The notes under the pieces are model-generated. The model was not told the DNA's origin. It did no database searches and worked only from the letters and a program-made list of their open reading frames with translations. 64,000 nucleotides of DNA. Source: Betaproteobacteria bacterium. Its GTDB lineage: Bacteria; Pseudomonadota; Gammaproteobacteria; Burkholderiales; SG8-39. The DNA is taken from positions 12,069 through 76,068 of the forward strand of contig SCTX01000030.1 of NCBI GenBank assembly GCA_004298385.1. Reading direction: 5' to 3'. How positions within the stretch are numbered: position 1 is the first letter of the stretch; each line of letters begins with the position of its first letter. Positions 1 to 13,629 of this stretch are shown here, in pieces. A program made the position numbers and the translations under genes.

Positions 1-202
1 GGCCCAGTTGCAACAGCATTTCGGCGACAAGTTGTACGCGACCATCATCCCGCGCAACGTGCGCCTGGCCGAGGCGCCGAGCTACGGCGCGCCCGCGGTG
101 AGCCTGGACAAGGTGTGTAAAGGCTCGCAGGCTTATATGGCGCTGGCGGACGAACTGCTGTCGCGCTCGGCCATCGCGCTCGCCCTAGAGAAGCAAGCAT
201 AA
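1..202 (+). CDS. parA: ParA/Soj-family partitioning ATPase, C-terminal fragment (5' end lies outside the window)
   Basis: The frame is open from the window edge to TAA at 200-202. The tail IIPRNVRLAEAPSYGAPAVSLD...AYMALADELL matches the conserved ParA/Soj C-terminus. The parB ATG follows immediately. Confidence 0.8.
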   Translation, partial: AQLQQHFGDKLYATIIPRNVRLAEAPSYGAPAVSLDKVCKGSQAYMALADELLSRSAIALALEKQA

Positions 203-1042
203 ATGAAAGGACTCGGACGCGGGCTGGACGCGTTGTTGGCCAAGGACGAAGAGGCCGGCGGCGACGAAACCTTGAAAACGGTGAAGCTCGAACAGCTTCA
301 GCCGGGCAAATACCAGCCGCGCACGCGCATGGACCAGGCTTCTTTGGAAGAGCTGGCGCGCTCGCTCAAGGCCCAGGGCGTAATGCAGCCTATTCTGGCG
401 CGCACCCTGGGTAAGGGGCGCTACGAGATCATCGCCGGCGAGCGGCGCTGGCGCGCGGCGAAAATAGCCGGCCTGCGCGAAATACCGGTCCTGATCCGCG
501 AGGTGCCGGATTCGGCGGCGCTGGCGATGGCCTTGATCGAAAACATCCAGCGCGAGAATCTGAATCCGCTGGAACAAGCCACCGGCATCCAGCGCCTGAT
601 CAACGAATTCAAAATGACGCACCAGGAGGCGGCCGAGGCCGTGGGTCGCTCGCGCGCGGCGACCAGCAATCTGCTGCGCCTGCTGAACCTGCCGCAATCG
701 GTGCAGGCGCTGCTCTACGACGGCAGAATCGACATGGGCCATGCGCGCGCCCTGCTCGCGCTGGAGGGCCGGCGCCAGGAGGACGTGGCAAAGCGGGTGG
801 CCGAGCGCGGGCTGTCGGTACGCGAAACCGAGAAGCTGGTGCAGGACATTCTCAACCCGAAGCAGAAGAAGCCGGGCAAAGTCAAAACCAGCCGCGACAT
901 CCTGCGCTTCGAGGAAGAGCTGTCGGAAAAATTCGGCACCAAAGTCGAAATCAAACCAGGCAAAAAGGGTGCGGGCAAGCTGGTGATCAGCTATGCCAGT
1001 CACGAGCATCTCGACGATTTGTTGTCGAAATTCAAGGGATGA
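203..1042 (+). CDS. parB: ParB/Spo0J chromosome partitioning protein
   Basis: 279 aa. Contains the ParB box IIAGERRWRAAKIAGLREIPVLIRE and an HTH region HQEAAEAVGRSRAATSNLLRLL. The ATG abuts the parA stop. Confidence 0.9.
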   Translation: MKGLGRGLDALLAKDEEAGGDETLKTVKLEQLQPGKYQPRTRMDQASLEELARSLKAQGVMQPILARTLGKGRYEIIAGERRWRAAKIAGLREIPVLIREVPDSAALAMALIENIQRENLNPLEQATGIQRLINEFKMTHQEAAEAVGRSRAATSNLLRLLNLPQSVQALLYDGRIDMGHARALLALEGRRQEDVAKRVAERGLSVRETEKLVQDILNPKQKKPGKVKTSRDILRFEEELSEKFGTKVEIKPGKKGAGKLVISYASHEHLDDLLSKFKG

Positions 1043-1178
1043 AACGCGTGAACGCGCGTTCGATTTAGCCCCGTGCTCAAGGCTGGCGCATGTGTCGAGC
1101 GCCCGCGATGGAGACCTTCGGGCGTAGCGATCGGGAATGTGCTTGCACGGCGGCAACAGGTTTTTGGCAGCTCGGTAA

Positions 1179-1925
1179 TCACTTGTTGCGGGTGAGCGGC
1201 ACGAAGCGCACCGGCAGGCTGCGCTGGGTCGAGATCGAGCCGTCGGCCTGCTTCACCATGACATGCAGAAATTGTACGTCGCTCTCGCGGCCGACTGGAA
1301 TGACCATGCGTCCGCCGGGCTTCAATTGCGCGACCAGCGCCGGCGGAACCTGTGGCGCGGCGGCGGTAACGATGATGGCATCGAAGGGCGAGCGTTCCAG
1401 CCAGCCATTGTAGCCGTCGCCTATTCTGGTCTCGATATTCTTGTAGCCCAGTTGCCGCAGCAATGCCGCCGAATCTTTTCCCACCGGCTCGATGATTTCG
1501 ATCGAATACACCCGATCCACCAGTTCGGCCAGCACTGCTGCCTGATAGCCGGAGCCGGTGCCGATTTCCAGCACCGCATCTCCGGGTTTGAGGTCGAGCA
1601 GATCCGTCATGAGAGCGACGATGTAGGGCTGGGAGATGGTCTGGCCGTGTCCGATGGGCAGGGGACGGTTGGCATAGGCCATGGAGCCGTATAGCGCCGG
1701 GACGAAGCGGTGCCGCGGCACTTTGGCCATAGCCGCCATCACGCGCGCGCCGAACACCGGGCGGCCGGTTTCCGCGCCGGTATCCCTCGCCATGGCGGCG
1801 ATCTCCTGCAGCAGGGCCGCGCGCTCGCGCGCGTACGGATCCTGTGCCTGGGCGCCGCCGCCGGCAAGCGCGGCGATTAGTCCCAGCGTGCGCAGGACCG
1901 GACGCCGTTTTATTTCAGAAGTCAT
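1179..1925 (-). CDS. pcm: Protein-L-isoaspartate O-methyltransferase-like protein with a signal-peptide-like N-terminus
   Basis: 248 aa. Contains GHGQTISQPYIVALMTDLL and the SAM motif VLEIGTGSGYQAAVLAEL. The N-terminus is RRPVLRTLGLIAALAGGGAQAQD. Confidence 0.8.
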   Translation of the reverse strand: MTSEIKRRPVLRTLGLIAALAGGGAQAQDPYARERAALLQEIAAMARDTGAETGRPVFGARVMAAMAKVPRHRFVPALYGSMAYANRPLPIGHGQTISQPYIVALMTDLLDLKPGDAVLEIGTGSGYQAAVLAELVDRVYSIEIIEPVGKDSAALLRQLGYKNIETRIGDGYNGWLERSPFDAIIVTAAAPQVPPALVAQLKPGGRMVIPVGRESDVQFLHVMVKQADGSISTQRSLPVRFVPLTRNK

Positions 1926-2221
1926 AACTTTTTCAGTCTAGTTCGCCAGTCCGCATTTGTCATCTTGCTCGCAGGCGGCGTCCTGCGTCCAGACGGCGAA
2001 GCATCTCGAATAAAGCGCGGCCTTGCGCGAGGGCCGCCCCTGGCGTGGCGATTTACCATAGGCGCCGCGCCCTTGCTCGGACCATGCCTGAGTACCTTTA
2101 ACTCGGGCGGCTCATATTGATGTGGATCAAGGCATTGCGCCCATAAATGCTGAATTCAGAATTGACCGTGCTTGGCCAAAGCCGCTATAATTTCGCCGTT
2201 TTGCAGCGAGGATAGCGGCGA

Positions 2222-2590
2222 GTGTGGCGAAAGTTCTGCCCGGTGATCGGGTTGCAAGTAGTGGCCACGATAATCGCCGCGTCGATCGCCGCCTGGATTG
2301 AGGGCGTTCACGGCGCGATTTCGGCGGCTTCGGGCGGTCTGATCAGCATTATCGCCGGGCTGGTGTTTGTGCTGCTGGCTGCAACAAGCGTAGAAAGCAA
2401 GGGGAGGTCCGCAGGGGAGGTACTCTTCGCCGCCCTCAAAGCTGAGGCGGCCAAACTTTTCCTCGCAATAATGCTGCTTTGGCTCGTGCTGGCGACCTAT
2501 CAGGAAGTGGTCGTGGTCGGGCTGCTGGGATCGTTTGTTGTATCGATCTTGATTTTCAGCCTGGCGTTATTTGCCGGCGACAAAACTTAG
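2222..2590 (+). CDS. atpI: ATP synthase protein I-like small membrane protein
   Basis: 122 aa, GTG start, very hydrophobic with about four predicted helices. It sits directly upstream of atpB. Assignment rests on position and hydrophobicity only. Confidence 0.55.
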   Translation: MWRKFCPVIGLQVVATIIAASIAAWIEGVHGAISAASGGLISIIAGLVFVLLAATSVESKGRSAGEVLFAALKAEAAKLFLAIMLLWLVLATYQEVVVVGLLGSFVVSILIFSLALFAGDKT

Positions 2591-2669
2591 AGGCCGTTTC
2601 AGAATTGCCGAAACGGCCCCTGGCTTAGGGGAGCATGAGGGGATTTATCCCCTCATTTTGTAATAAGCC
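2591..2669 (+). repeat. Double-hairpin intergenic element, copy 1 (right after the atpI stop)
   Basis: Hairpin 1 is GGCCGTTTC-AGAATTGC-CGAAACGGCC. Hairpin 2 is CATGAGGGGA-TTTAT-CCCCTCAT followed by TTTG. A near-identical element lies at 31739-31825. Confidence 0.8.
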
Positions 2670-2709
2670 GTAACGGGCGTTTGGACTTGGACAAATCGGG
2701 CTAGACACA

Positions 2710-3845
<1,136 letters not shown>

Positions 3846-3918
3846 TTGATCTCCCTGCCATTGATTTTGGCGGAGACATTTTGTCCGCTTCCGGATTGTC
3901 CGGACTAGGGAAGAGAAC

Positions 3919-4389
3919 ATGAACATCAATTTAACACTGATCGCCCAGGCGATTTCATTCGCGGTTTTCATTCTGTTTACGGTCAGGTTCGTCTGGCCGC
4001 CGCTGATGAAAGCCATCGAGGAACGCCAGAAGCAAATCGCCGACGGCCTGGCAGCCGGCGAGCAGGGCAAACAGCAACTGGAGGCCTCCGGCAAGCTCGC
4101 CACCGAGGAACTCGGCAAGGCGCGCGCGCGCGCCGCCGAGATCATCGCCCACGCCGAAAAGCGCGGGCTGCAGATGATAGAGGAAGCCAAGAGTTCGGCC
4201 AAGGCCGAGGGCGAGCGCATGATCGCAGGCGCCAAGTCCGAGATTCAGCAGGAAGTCTCGAGCGCCAAGGAGACCCTGCGCGAACAGGTGGCGGCCTTGG
4301 TGGTCAGCGGCGCCGAGAAAATTCTGCAGCGCGAAATCAACGCCCAGGCCCATGCCGAGCTGCTCAACCAACTGAAGCGGGAGCTGTAG
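3919..4389 (+). CDS. atpF: F0 ATP synthase subunit b
   Basis: 156 aa. One N-terminal transmembrane helix followed by a long charged Ala/Glu/Lys helix. Operon position fits. Confidence 0.85.
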   Translation: MNINLTLIAQAISFAVFILFTVRFVWPPLMKAIEERQKQIADGLAAGEQGKQQLEASGKLATEELGKARARAAEIIAHAEKRGLQMIEEAKSSAKAEGERMIAGAKSEIQQEVSSAKETLREQVAALVVSGAEKILQREINAQAHAELLNQLKREL

Positions 4390-4396
4390 CCCATCT

Positions 4397-4936
4397 ATGG
4401 CCGAGGTCGTTACTCTCGCGCGGCCCTACGCCGAAGCGGTATTCCGCCTCGCCGACGCGGGCGGCACGCTCCCCGCCTGGTCAGGCACACTGCGCGCCCT
4501 GGCGCAGGCGGCCGCGCACCCCGACATGCAGGAATGCATGTCCAAATACGACCTGACGCACGCGCAACTGCGGGGGCTGTTCCTGTCGCTAGCAGCGGGC
4601 GAGATATCGGCCGAGGTGAGGAATTTCGTTCACGTCCTGATCGAAAACGACCGGCTGGCGGCGCTGCCCGAGATCTACGCCTTGTTCGAGGATCTCAAGA
4701 ACGAGCGCGAAGGCGTGGTCGACGCACAGATCAGCACCGCGTTCGAGCTGGATGCGGCGCAGCTTGCGAGCCTGGTCGCCGATCTGGAAAAACGCTTCAA
4801 ACGTAAAATCAATCCGCAGGTAAGCATCGACCGAGATCTCATCGGCGGCGTGCGCGTGGCGGTCGGCGACGAAGTCATCGACGGCTCGGTGCGCGGCAAG
4901 CTCGATGCGATGGCCGCGGGACTGCTCGCGAGCTGA
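4397..4936 (+). CDS. atpH: F1 ATP synthase subunit delta
   Basis: 179 aa with an OSCP-like C-terminus [22 protein letters not shown]. Operon position fits. Confidence 0.85.
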   Translation: MAEVVTLARPYAEAVFRLADAGGTLPAWSGTLRALAQAAAHPDMQECMSKYDLTHAQLRGLFLSLAAGEISAEVRNFVHVLIENDRLAALPEIYALFEDLKNEREGVVDAQISTAFELDAAQLASLVADLEKRFKRKINPQVSIDRDLIGGVRVAVGDEVIDGSVRGKLDAMAAGLLAS

Positions 4937-4973
4937 GCGCAGCGCGAAAAATACTCAAGGTTCAGGAGAAAGC

Positions 4974-6518
<1,545 letters not shown>

Positions 6519-6581
6519 CCGAATCTCCCCCCCTCCCCGCTTGCGGGGAGAGGGCTGGGGTGAGGGAAAAAGGCACAGGCA

Positions 6582-7445
6582 ATGGCAGGTTCAAGGGAAA
6601 TCAAAAACAAGATCAAGAGCGTGCAAAACACGCGCAAGATCACCAAGGCGATGGAGATGGTCGCGGCTTCCAAAATGCGCAAGGCGCAGGAGCGCACGCG
6701 CTCGGCCCGTCCTTATGCGGAGAAGATCCGCAACGTGGCGGCGCACCTTTCGCACGCCAACCCCGAGTACCGCCACCCCTATCTGGTGACGCGCGACACC
6801 TCCAAGAAAGTCGGCATCATCGTCGTCACCGCGGACAAGGGACTGTGCGGTGGCTTGAACACCAACGTGCTGCGCATGGCGCTCGCGAAAATGCGCGAGT
6901 GGGAGTCGCAGGGCGAGAGTTTCGAAGTCTGTTGCATCGGCAACAAGGGCCTGGGCTTCATGCAGCGCCTCGGCGCCAAGCTGGTGTCGCAGGTGGTGGG
7001 TTTAGGCGACAGGCCGCATATGGAGCGGTTGATCGGCGCGCTCAAGATCATGCTCGACGGCTATACCGAGGACCGCTTCGACCGGCTGGAGATTTTTTAC
7101 ACCAAATTCATCAACACCATGAAGCAGGAACCGGTGATGGAGCAGCTCCTGCCACTCTCGGGGGAGAGACTCGGCGCGCCGGAAGGCTCCTGGGATTACA
7201 TCTACGAGCCCGACGCCAAATCGGTGCTCGACCAGACCCTCACCCGCTACGTCGAAGCGCTGATCTACCAGGCGGTGACCGAGAACATGGCCTCCGAGCA
7301 AAGCGCGCGCATGGTGGCGATGAAGGCGGCAAGCGACAACGCCGGCAGCGTCATCGACGAGTTGACTCTGATCTACAACAAGTCGCGCCAGGCGGGCATT
7401 ACCAAAGAGCTGTCCGAGATCGTGGCCGGCGCGGCGGCGGTATAG
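6582..7445 (+). CDS. atpG: F1 ATP synthase subunit gamma
   Basis: 287 aa. Starts [36 protein letters not shown] and ends [15 protein letters not shown]. Confidence 0.95.
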   Translation: MAGSREIKNKIKSVQNTRKITKAMEMVAASKMRKAQERTRSARPYAEKIRNVAAHLSHANPEYRHPYLVTRDTSKKVGIIVVTADKGLCGGLNTNVLRMALAKMREWESQGESFEVCCIGNKGLGFMQRLGAKLVSQVVGLGDRPHMERLIGALKIMLDGYTEDRFDRLEIFYTKFINTMKQEPVMEQLLPLSGERLGAPEGSWDYIYEPDAKSVLDQTLTRYVEALIYQAVTENMASEQSARMVAMKAASDNAGSVIDELTLIYNKSRQAGITKELSEIVAGAAAV

Positions 7446-7484
7446 GTTTAGTTTTACCCGAATTAGGGTTTTGCTTTTATTCAA

Positions 7485-7535
7485 GATCCCCGATTTGGTA
7501 CGGATGGGTTCATCATCCGTACCAAATCGGGGATC
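7485..7535. repeat. GTACGGATG-core hairpin repeat (REP-like), copy 1
   Basis: Perfect 22-bp stem GATCCCCGATTTGGTACGGATG / CATCCGTACCAAATCGGGGATC with a 7-nt loop. Confidence 0.85.
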
Positions 7536-7599
7536 CAAGCGGTCGCCGGGCCAAGGAAACGGTTCCAAGTATGGCAGTGGTTGGGAGAAGGTTGTCATG

Positions 7600-7650
7600 A
7601 ATCGTGTTTCTTGTACGGATGATGACCCCATCCGCACAAGAAACACGATT
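7600..7650. repeat. GTACGGATG-core hairpin repeat, copy 2
   Basis: AATCGTGTTTCTTGTACGGATG...CATCCGCACAAGAAACACGATT. One mismatch in a 22-bp stem. Confidence 0.8.
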
Positions 7651-7717
7651 TTGAGTAATAACATTTTAAGACGTAGGGCGGCATTCCGATGTCGCCGTTA
7701 CAGTGAACCGGATTTGA

Positions 7718-9118
<1,401 letters not shown>

Positions 9119-9123
9119 AAAGG

Positions 9124-9147
9124 CGACCCCCGGCGCGCCGGGGGTCG
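9124..9147 (+). other. GC-rich stem-loop between atpD and atpC (10-bp arms CGACCCCCGG / CCGGGGGTCG)
   Basis: Read directly from the sequence. It starts 6 nt after the atpD stop and has no T-tract, so it is not a classical terminator. Confidence 0.5.
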
Positions 9148-9169
9148 GGGGAAAAAGGTTCTAAGCCAT

Positions 9170-9592
9170 ATGGCACATACGATTCATGTTGACGTGGTGA
9201 GCGCCGAGGAATCCATCTACTCCGGCGAAGCGGAGTTCGTGGTGCTGCCCGGCGAGGAAGGCGAACTGGGCATCTACCCCAAGCACACCCCACTGATCAC
9301 CCGCATCAAGCCGGGCACGGTGCGCATCAAGCCCGCGGACGGCGGCGCGGAAGAGTTGATTTTCGTCGCCGGCGGCATCCTCGAAGTGCAGCCCAACCTG
9401 ATTACCGTGCTCGCCGATACCGCCATCCGCGGTCATGACCTGGACGAAGCGAAGGCGCTCGAAGCGCACAAGCTCGCGCAGGAAAACCTCTCCAACCGCA
9501 CCGGCAAGATGGAATACGCCGAGGCGCTGGCCGAACTTGCCCAGGCCGCGGCCCAGATCGCCGCCATCCGCAAGCTGCGCCAGCGCAAATAG
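9170..9592 (+). CDS. atpC: F1 ATP synthase subunit epsilon
   Basis: 140 aa. Starts [37 protein letters not shown], which is typical of epsilon. Confidence 0.9.
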   Translation: MAHTIHVDVVSAEESIYSGEAEFVVLPGEEGELGIYPKHTPLITRIKPGTVRIKPADGGAEELIFVAGGILEVQPNLITVLADTAIRGHDLDEAKALEAHKLAQENLSNRTGKMEYAEALAELAQAAAQIAAIRKLRQRK

Positions 9593-9608
9593 CGCGTACT
9601 GCGCGAAA

Positions 9609-9638
9609 GAAAAAAAGCGGCCCCGGCCGCCTTTTTTC
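9609..9638 (+). terminator. Rho-independent terminator of the atp operon
   Basis: AAAAAAA-GCGGC-CCCG-GCCGC-CTTTTTT lies 17 nt after the atpC stop. The flanking A-run and T-run give it a bidirectional look. Confidence 0.8.
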
Positions 9639-9824
9639 TGGCCAGTCCGCGGCCGGAAAACCAGTATCCACGGGCTTCTCCACGCAGTCGTCCCCTGCGG
9701 GCGGCATCCCTGGCCGTTCGGCCCACTGCCCTCGCCCCTGCTCCTGCTGTATCCTTACGCAAACGAAAACACGTGGTCCGGCAATCCGATGCCGGCTCGC
9801 CGGACCGGAAAAGAGGAACCCGCC

Positions 9825-10226
9825 ATGGACAACACCCAGCTCGCTGAACTCCTCATGGGCATCGCCAAGGCCCAGGCCGCCATCATCGATGCCATTGAGC
9901 GCGCCCAACCCGGCTTTAAGAACAACCACGCCGTGCCCATTCTCACCACCGCCGCTAACGTGCGCGCCGCCGTGCCGCGCATCCAGGACTTGCCTGCGCG
10001 CATCCTGCTGCGCATGCAGGGTCGCGCCGCGTTCGACGTCGCGCAGATCCAGCAGGACCTGGAGGCGGCGTTCGCTTCGCATGGTGTTGCGCCCGGCGCG
10101 TCCGCGGAACCCGGAGCGAATCTTTCGCCGGCGGCGATGCGGGCGGCGGCGAGAGTGCCGGGGGCGGCGCCGGCTCCTGCTCCTGCAGCGCCTGGGGCAG
10201 ACTTGAATTTCGGCGCGAAACCTTGA
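9825..10226 (+). CDS. Hypothetical protein with a helical N-terminus and an Ala/Pro-rich tail
   Basis: ATG at 9825 is preceded by AAGAGGA. 133 aa, MDNTQLAELLMGIAKAQAAIIDAIERAQ...AAPAPAPAAPGADLNFGAKP. I recognise no family. A weak hairpin follows at 10236-10253. Confidence 0.45.
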   Translation: MDNTQLAELLMGIAKAQAAIIDAIERAQPGFKNNHAVPILTTAANVRAAVPRIQDLPARILLRMQGRAAFDVAQIQQDLEAAFASHGVAPGASAEPGANLSPAAMRAAARVPGAAPAPAPAAPGADLNFGAKP

Positions 10227-10319
10227 TGTGGCACCCTCCCGCGTCTGCGGGAGTTGTAGTGACTGCGAGAAAGGCCTTCTATGGCTCTGCCAAGAAATGT
10301 TCGGCAATAAGCGGCTGGC

Positions 10320-13300
10320 ATGAACAATCAGTTCTTCGAAAAGCCGATACTCAATTCGCCCTACGCCTATCCAATTCGTCATTGGGAGCTGGATGAGGTT
10401 GGGCAGCCGACCCAGAAGATCGTCGAAACGCGCCGCCGCGCAGAATTCATCACGCCGATCCCCAAGCCGAAGAAGCGCAAGGGAGCGGCGCAGCAGGACT
10501 CGCTGCTGTTCGACGAGGGCGCTGGCTTAACTACATCGAAACAGCGTTACGATCACACGGCCATTATCAATTCCGTGCGCCAGCAAGTGGATGCGTGGCG
10601 CAAGCTGCCCAACACCAATGACTGGCGCGTCACGCCCGAGACCGCGCGGCTGCTGCAGCATTGGCGCCAGCACAAATTCGGCGGCATCCGGCCGTTCTTC
10701 TGCCAGATCGAAGCTGTCGAAACCGCGATCTGGCTGACCGAGGTTGCACCCCAGGCGGGTAAGGTGGGCGAAAGTTTCATCGCTCACCTGGCCGATTCTA
10801 ACAACGAGGCCAATCCGGAGTTGATGCGCCTCGCGCTCAAGCTGGCCACCGGCGCCGGCAAGACCACCGTCATGGCCATGCTGATCGCCTGGCAAACCAT
10901 CAACGCGGTGCGCCGCCCGCAGAGCAAGCGTTTCACGCGCGGCTTTCTCGTGGTCGCGCCGGGCCTCACCATCAAGGACCGTTTGCGGGTGCTGCAACCC
11001 AACGATCCGGACAGCTATTACGCCAGCCGCGAACTCGTGCCGAATGACCTGCTCATCGAAGTACACAAGGCCAAGATCGTCATCACCAACTTTCACGCGT
11101 TCAAGCTGCGCGAGCGTATCGAGCTGTCCAAGGGCGGCCGCTCCTTGCTGCAGGGCCGGGGCGAAGAATTGAACACGCTCGAAACCGAAGGCCAGATGCT
11201 GCAGCGGGTGATGCCCGACCTGATGGGTATGAAGAACATCCTGGTGCTGAACGACGAAGCGCACCATTGTTATCGCGCGAAGCCCGGAGCGGGAGAAGAA
11301 GACCTGAAGGGCGACGAGAGAAAGGAAGCGGAGAAAAACAAAGAGGCGGCGCGACTGTGGATCAACGGCCTCGAGGCGGTGAAGCGCAAACTCGGCGTCG
11401 CTCGCGTGATCGATTTGTCCGCCACGCCGTTCTTCCTCAGCGGCTCGGGTTATGCGGAAGGGACGCTGTTCCCCTGGACCATGAGCGATTTCTCGCTGAT
11501 GGACGCGATCGAGTGCGGCATCGTGAAACTGCCGCGCGTCCCGGTGGCCGACAACATCCCGGGCAATGAAATGCCTATGTTCCGGAACCTATGGGAACAC
11601 ATACGAGCCAAGATGCCCAAGAAAGGGCGTGGCAAAGCGGGAGTACTCGACCCGCGCGATCTCCCACCGCAGTTACAGACGGCGTTAGATGCGCTATACG
11701 GACACTATGCAAAGACCTTTGCGCTCTGGGTCGAGAAGAAGGTCTCGGTACCCCCCTGCTTTATCGTGGTCTGCAACAACACTTCCACTTCGAAGCTGGT
11801 CTACGATTACATTTCCGGCTTCCAGCAAGAGAGCGAGGACGGCACCAGTCAACTGGTGTTTGGTCGGCTGCCGTTGTTCCAGAACCATGATGAACACGGC
11901 AATCCGCTGTCCCGGCCAAGAACTCTCCTAATTGATAGCGAGCAATTGGAGTCGGGCGAAGGCCTTGATGAGAGTTTCCGCGCCATGGCCTCCGACGAGA
12001 TCGACCGCTTCCGCCGTGAGATTCTCGCACGTGGCGGCAAGCTGGCTGGTGAACTCCAGCAGGGCAAGGAGATCGATGACGTCACCCTGCTGCGCGAGGT
12101 AATGAATACAGTAGGCAAGCGCGAGCAGCTCGGTGCTGACATCCGTTGCGTCGTGTCCGTGTCCATGCTGACCGAAGGTTGGGATGCCAACACCGTGACG
12201 CATGTGCTCGGCGTGCGTGCATTCGGCACCCAGCTCTTGTGCGAGCAAGTGATTGGCCGCGCACTGCGCCGTCAGTCCTACGAACTCAACGAAGACGGCC
12301 TGTTCAATGTCGAGTATGCCGACGTACTGGGCATTCCCTTCGACTTCACCGCCAAGCCGGTGGTTGCTCCGCCGCAGCCGCCGCGCGAAACCATCACGGT
12401 CAAAGCCGTGCGTCCCGATCGCGATGCGCTCGAAATTCGCTTTCCCCGCGTGGAGGGCTATCGCGTCGAGCTGCCGGAGGAGCGGCTTACCGCACAGTTC
12501 GACAAGGACTCGGTGCTCGATTTAACACCCGAACTCGTGGGTGCGACGCGGACCCGGAACTCGGGGATCATCGGCGAGGCAGTCGATCTAAATTTGGTGC
12601 ATACCGGCGACATTCGTCCCTCCCAGGTCGTATACGAGCTTACTTCCCACCTGTTGCTTACCAAGTGGCGGGATGCCGACGGCGCGCCGCAACTGCATTT
12701 GTTCGGCCAGTTGAAGCGCATTGTCAAACAATGGCTGGACGAGAAGCGGCTGGATTGCCGTGGCGGAACCTATCCGGCGCAACTCAAGTACAAGATGCTC
12801 GCCGACATGGCGTGCGAGCGCATTATGGCGGGCATCATGCGCACATCCGTCGGAAAACGCCCGATCAAGGCCGTGCTCGATCCCTATAACCCGGTCGGGT
12901 CCACCGCCCATGTGCGTTTCAACACGTCGCGCAGCGACCGCTGGGAGACGAACGGCCCGCCGCCCAAATGCCACATCAACTGGGTGCTGCTCGACAGCGA
13001 CTGGGAAGGCGAATTCTGCCGCGTGGCGGAATCGCATCCGCGCGTGCGCGCCTACGTGAAGAACCACAACCTCGGCCTCGAAGTGCCCTACCGCTACGGC
13101 TCGGAGACGCGCAAGTACCTGCCCGACTTCATCGTGCGCGTGGACGACGGCCACGGCGAAGAAGATCTCTTGAACCTGATCGTGGAGATCAAGGGCTACC
13201 GGCGCGAGGACGCCAAGGAGAAGAAGTCCACCATGGACGCCTACTGGGTGCCGGGCGTGAACAACCTCGGCACGCACGGGCGCTGGGCCTTCGCCGAGTT

Positions 13301-13403
13301 CACCGAGGTGTATCAGATCGAATCGGACTTCGAGGCCAAGGTGAAAAGCGAGTTCGACAAGATGATCGAGCGCGTCGGGCAGGGCGCGGGATCGGTGGCG
13401 TAA
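10320..13403 (+). CDS. res: Type III restriction enzyme Res subunit (SF2 helicase plus C-terminal PD-(D/E)xK-like nuclease)
   Basis: 1027 aa. Helicase motif I is LATGAGKTTVMA, motif II is LNDEAHHCY, then DLSATPF, TEGWDANTV and QVIGRALRR. The C-terminal YLPDFIVRV...LIVEIKGYR looks like a nuclease core. Confidence 0.9.
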   Translation: MNNQFFEKPILNSPYAYPIRHWELDEVGQPTQKIVETRRRAEFITPIPKPKKRKGAAQQDSLLFDEGAGLTTSKQRYDHTAIINSVRQQVDAWRKLPNTNDWRVTPETARLLQHWRQHKFGGIRPFFCQIEAVETAIWLTEVAPQAGKVGESFIAHLADSNNEANPELMRLALKLATGAGKTTVMAMLIAWQTINAVRRPQSKRFTRGFLVVAPGLTIKDRLRVLQPNDPDSYYASRELVPNDLLIEVHKAKIVITNFHAFKLRERIELSKGGRSLLQGRGEELNTLETEGQMLQRVMPDLMGMKNILVLNDEAHHCYRAKPGAGEEDLKGDERKEAEKNKEAARLWINGLEAVKRKLGVARVIDLSATPFFLSGSGYAEGTLFPWTMSDFSLMDAIECGIVKLPRVPVADNIPGNEMPMFRNLWEHIRAKMPKKGRGKAGVLDPRDLPPQLQTALDALYGHYAKTFALWVEKKVSVPPCFIVVCNNTSTSKLVYDYISGFQQESEDGTSQLVFGRLPLFQNHDEHGNPLSRPRTLLIDSEQLESGEGLDESFRAMASDEIDRFRREILARGGKLAGELQQGKEIDDVTLLREVMNTVGKREQLGADIRCVVSVSMLTEGWDANTVTHVLGVRAFGTQLLCEQVIGRALRRQSYELNEDGLFNVEYADVLGIPFDFTAKPVVAPPQPPRETITVKAVRPDRDALEIRFPRVEGYRVELPEERLTAQFDKDSVLDLTPELVGATRTRNSGIIGEAVDLNLVHTGDIRPSQVVYELTSHLLLTKWRDADGAPQLHLFGQLKRIVKQWLDEKRLDCRGGTYPAQLKYKMLADMACERIMAGIMRTSVGKRPIKAVLDPYNPVGSTAHVRFNTSRSDRWETNGPPPKCHINWVLLDSDWEGEFCRVAESHPRVRAYVKNHNLGLEVPYRYGSETRKYLPDFIVRVDDGHGEEDLLNLIVEIKGYRREDAKEKKSTMDAYWVPGVNNLGTHGRWAFAEFTEVYQIESDFEAKVKSEFDKMIERVGQGAGSVA

Positions 13404-13404
13404 T

Positions 13405-13617
13405 GAGCGGGCGCAATACGGCGAGGAGATTCTGCCGACACCGTCGGCAGAATTGGTGCCGGTCTATGGCAAGGGTTTCAGCGCCCGTAGTCTGGCGCGC
13501 ATTGAACAATTTGCCAAGGCATTTCCAGAAGCAGAGATTGTTGCCACACTGTCGCAACAATTGGGCTGGAGCCAAGACACGAAAGGGCTCACAAACGGCT
13601 CAATGGGCTCACGGTAA
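13405..13617 (+). pseudogene. Internal fragment of a DUF1016/YhcG-type (PDDEXK nuclease family) gene
   Basis: The frame reads ERAQYGEEILPTPSAELVPVYGKGFSARSLARIEQFAKAFPEAEIVATLSQQLGWSQ..*. This matches the N-terminal region of DUF1016 proteins as I remember it (..YG..GFS..NL..MRQF...fp...iv..Ls.qLsWsH). There is no start codon and no nuclease domain. Confidence 0.6.
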
Positions 13618-13629
13618 TAAAGGAGGCAA

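Noticed and set aside
1050-1061. GAACGCGCGTTC palindrome just after parB, considered as a possible parS site.
   Set aside because: It does not resemble the TGTTNCACGTGAAACA-type parS consensus that I know. It is short and GC-rich, so it could arise by chance.
185-1156. Long antisense ORFs opposite well-supported genes. Examples: 185-1156(-), 4962-6275(-), 7595-8677(-), 21199-22173(-), 40832-42040(-), 53872-55347(+), 60935-62137(-).
   Set aside because: These are typical high-GC shadow ORFs. Their translations are Arg/Ala/Gly/Pro-rich with no motifs, and the opposite strand carries clear conserved proteins.
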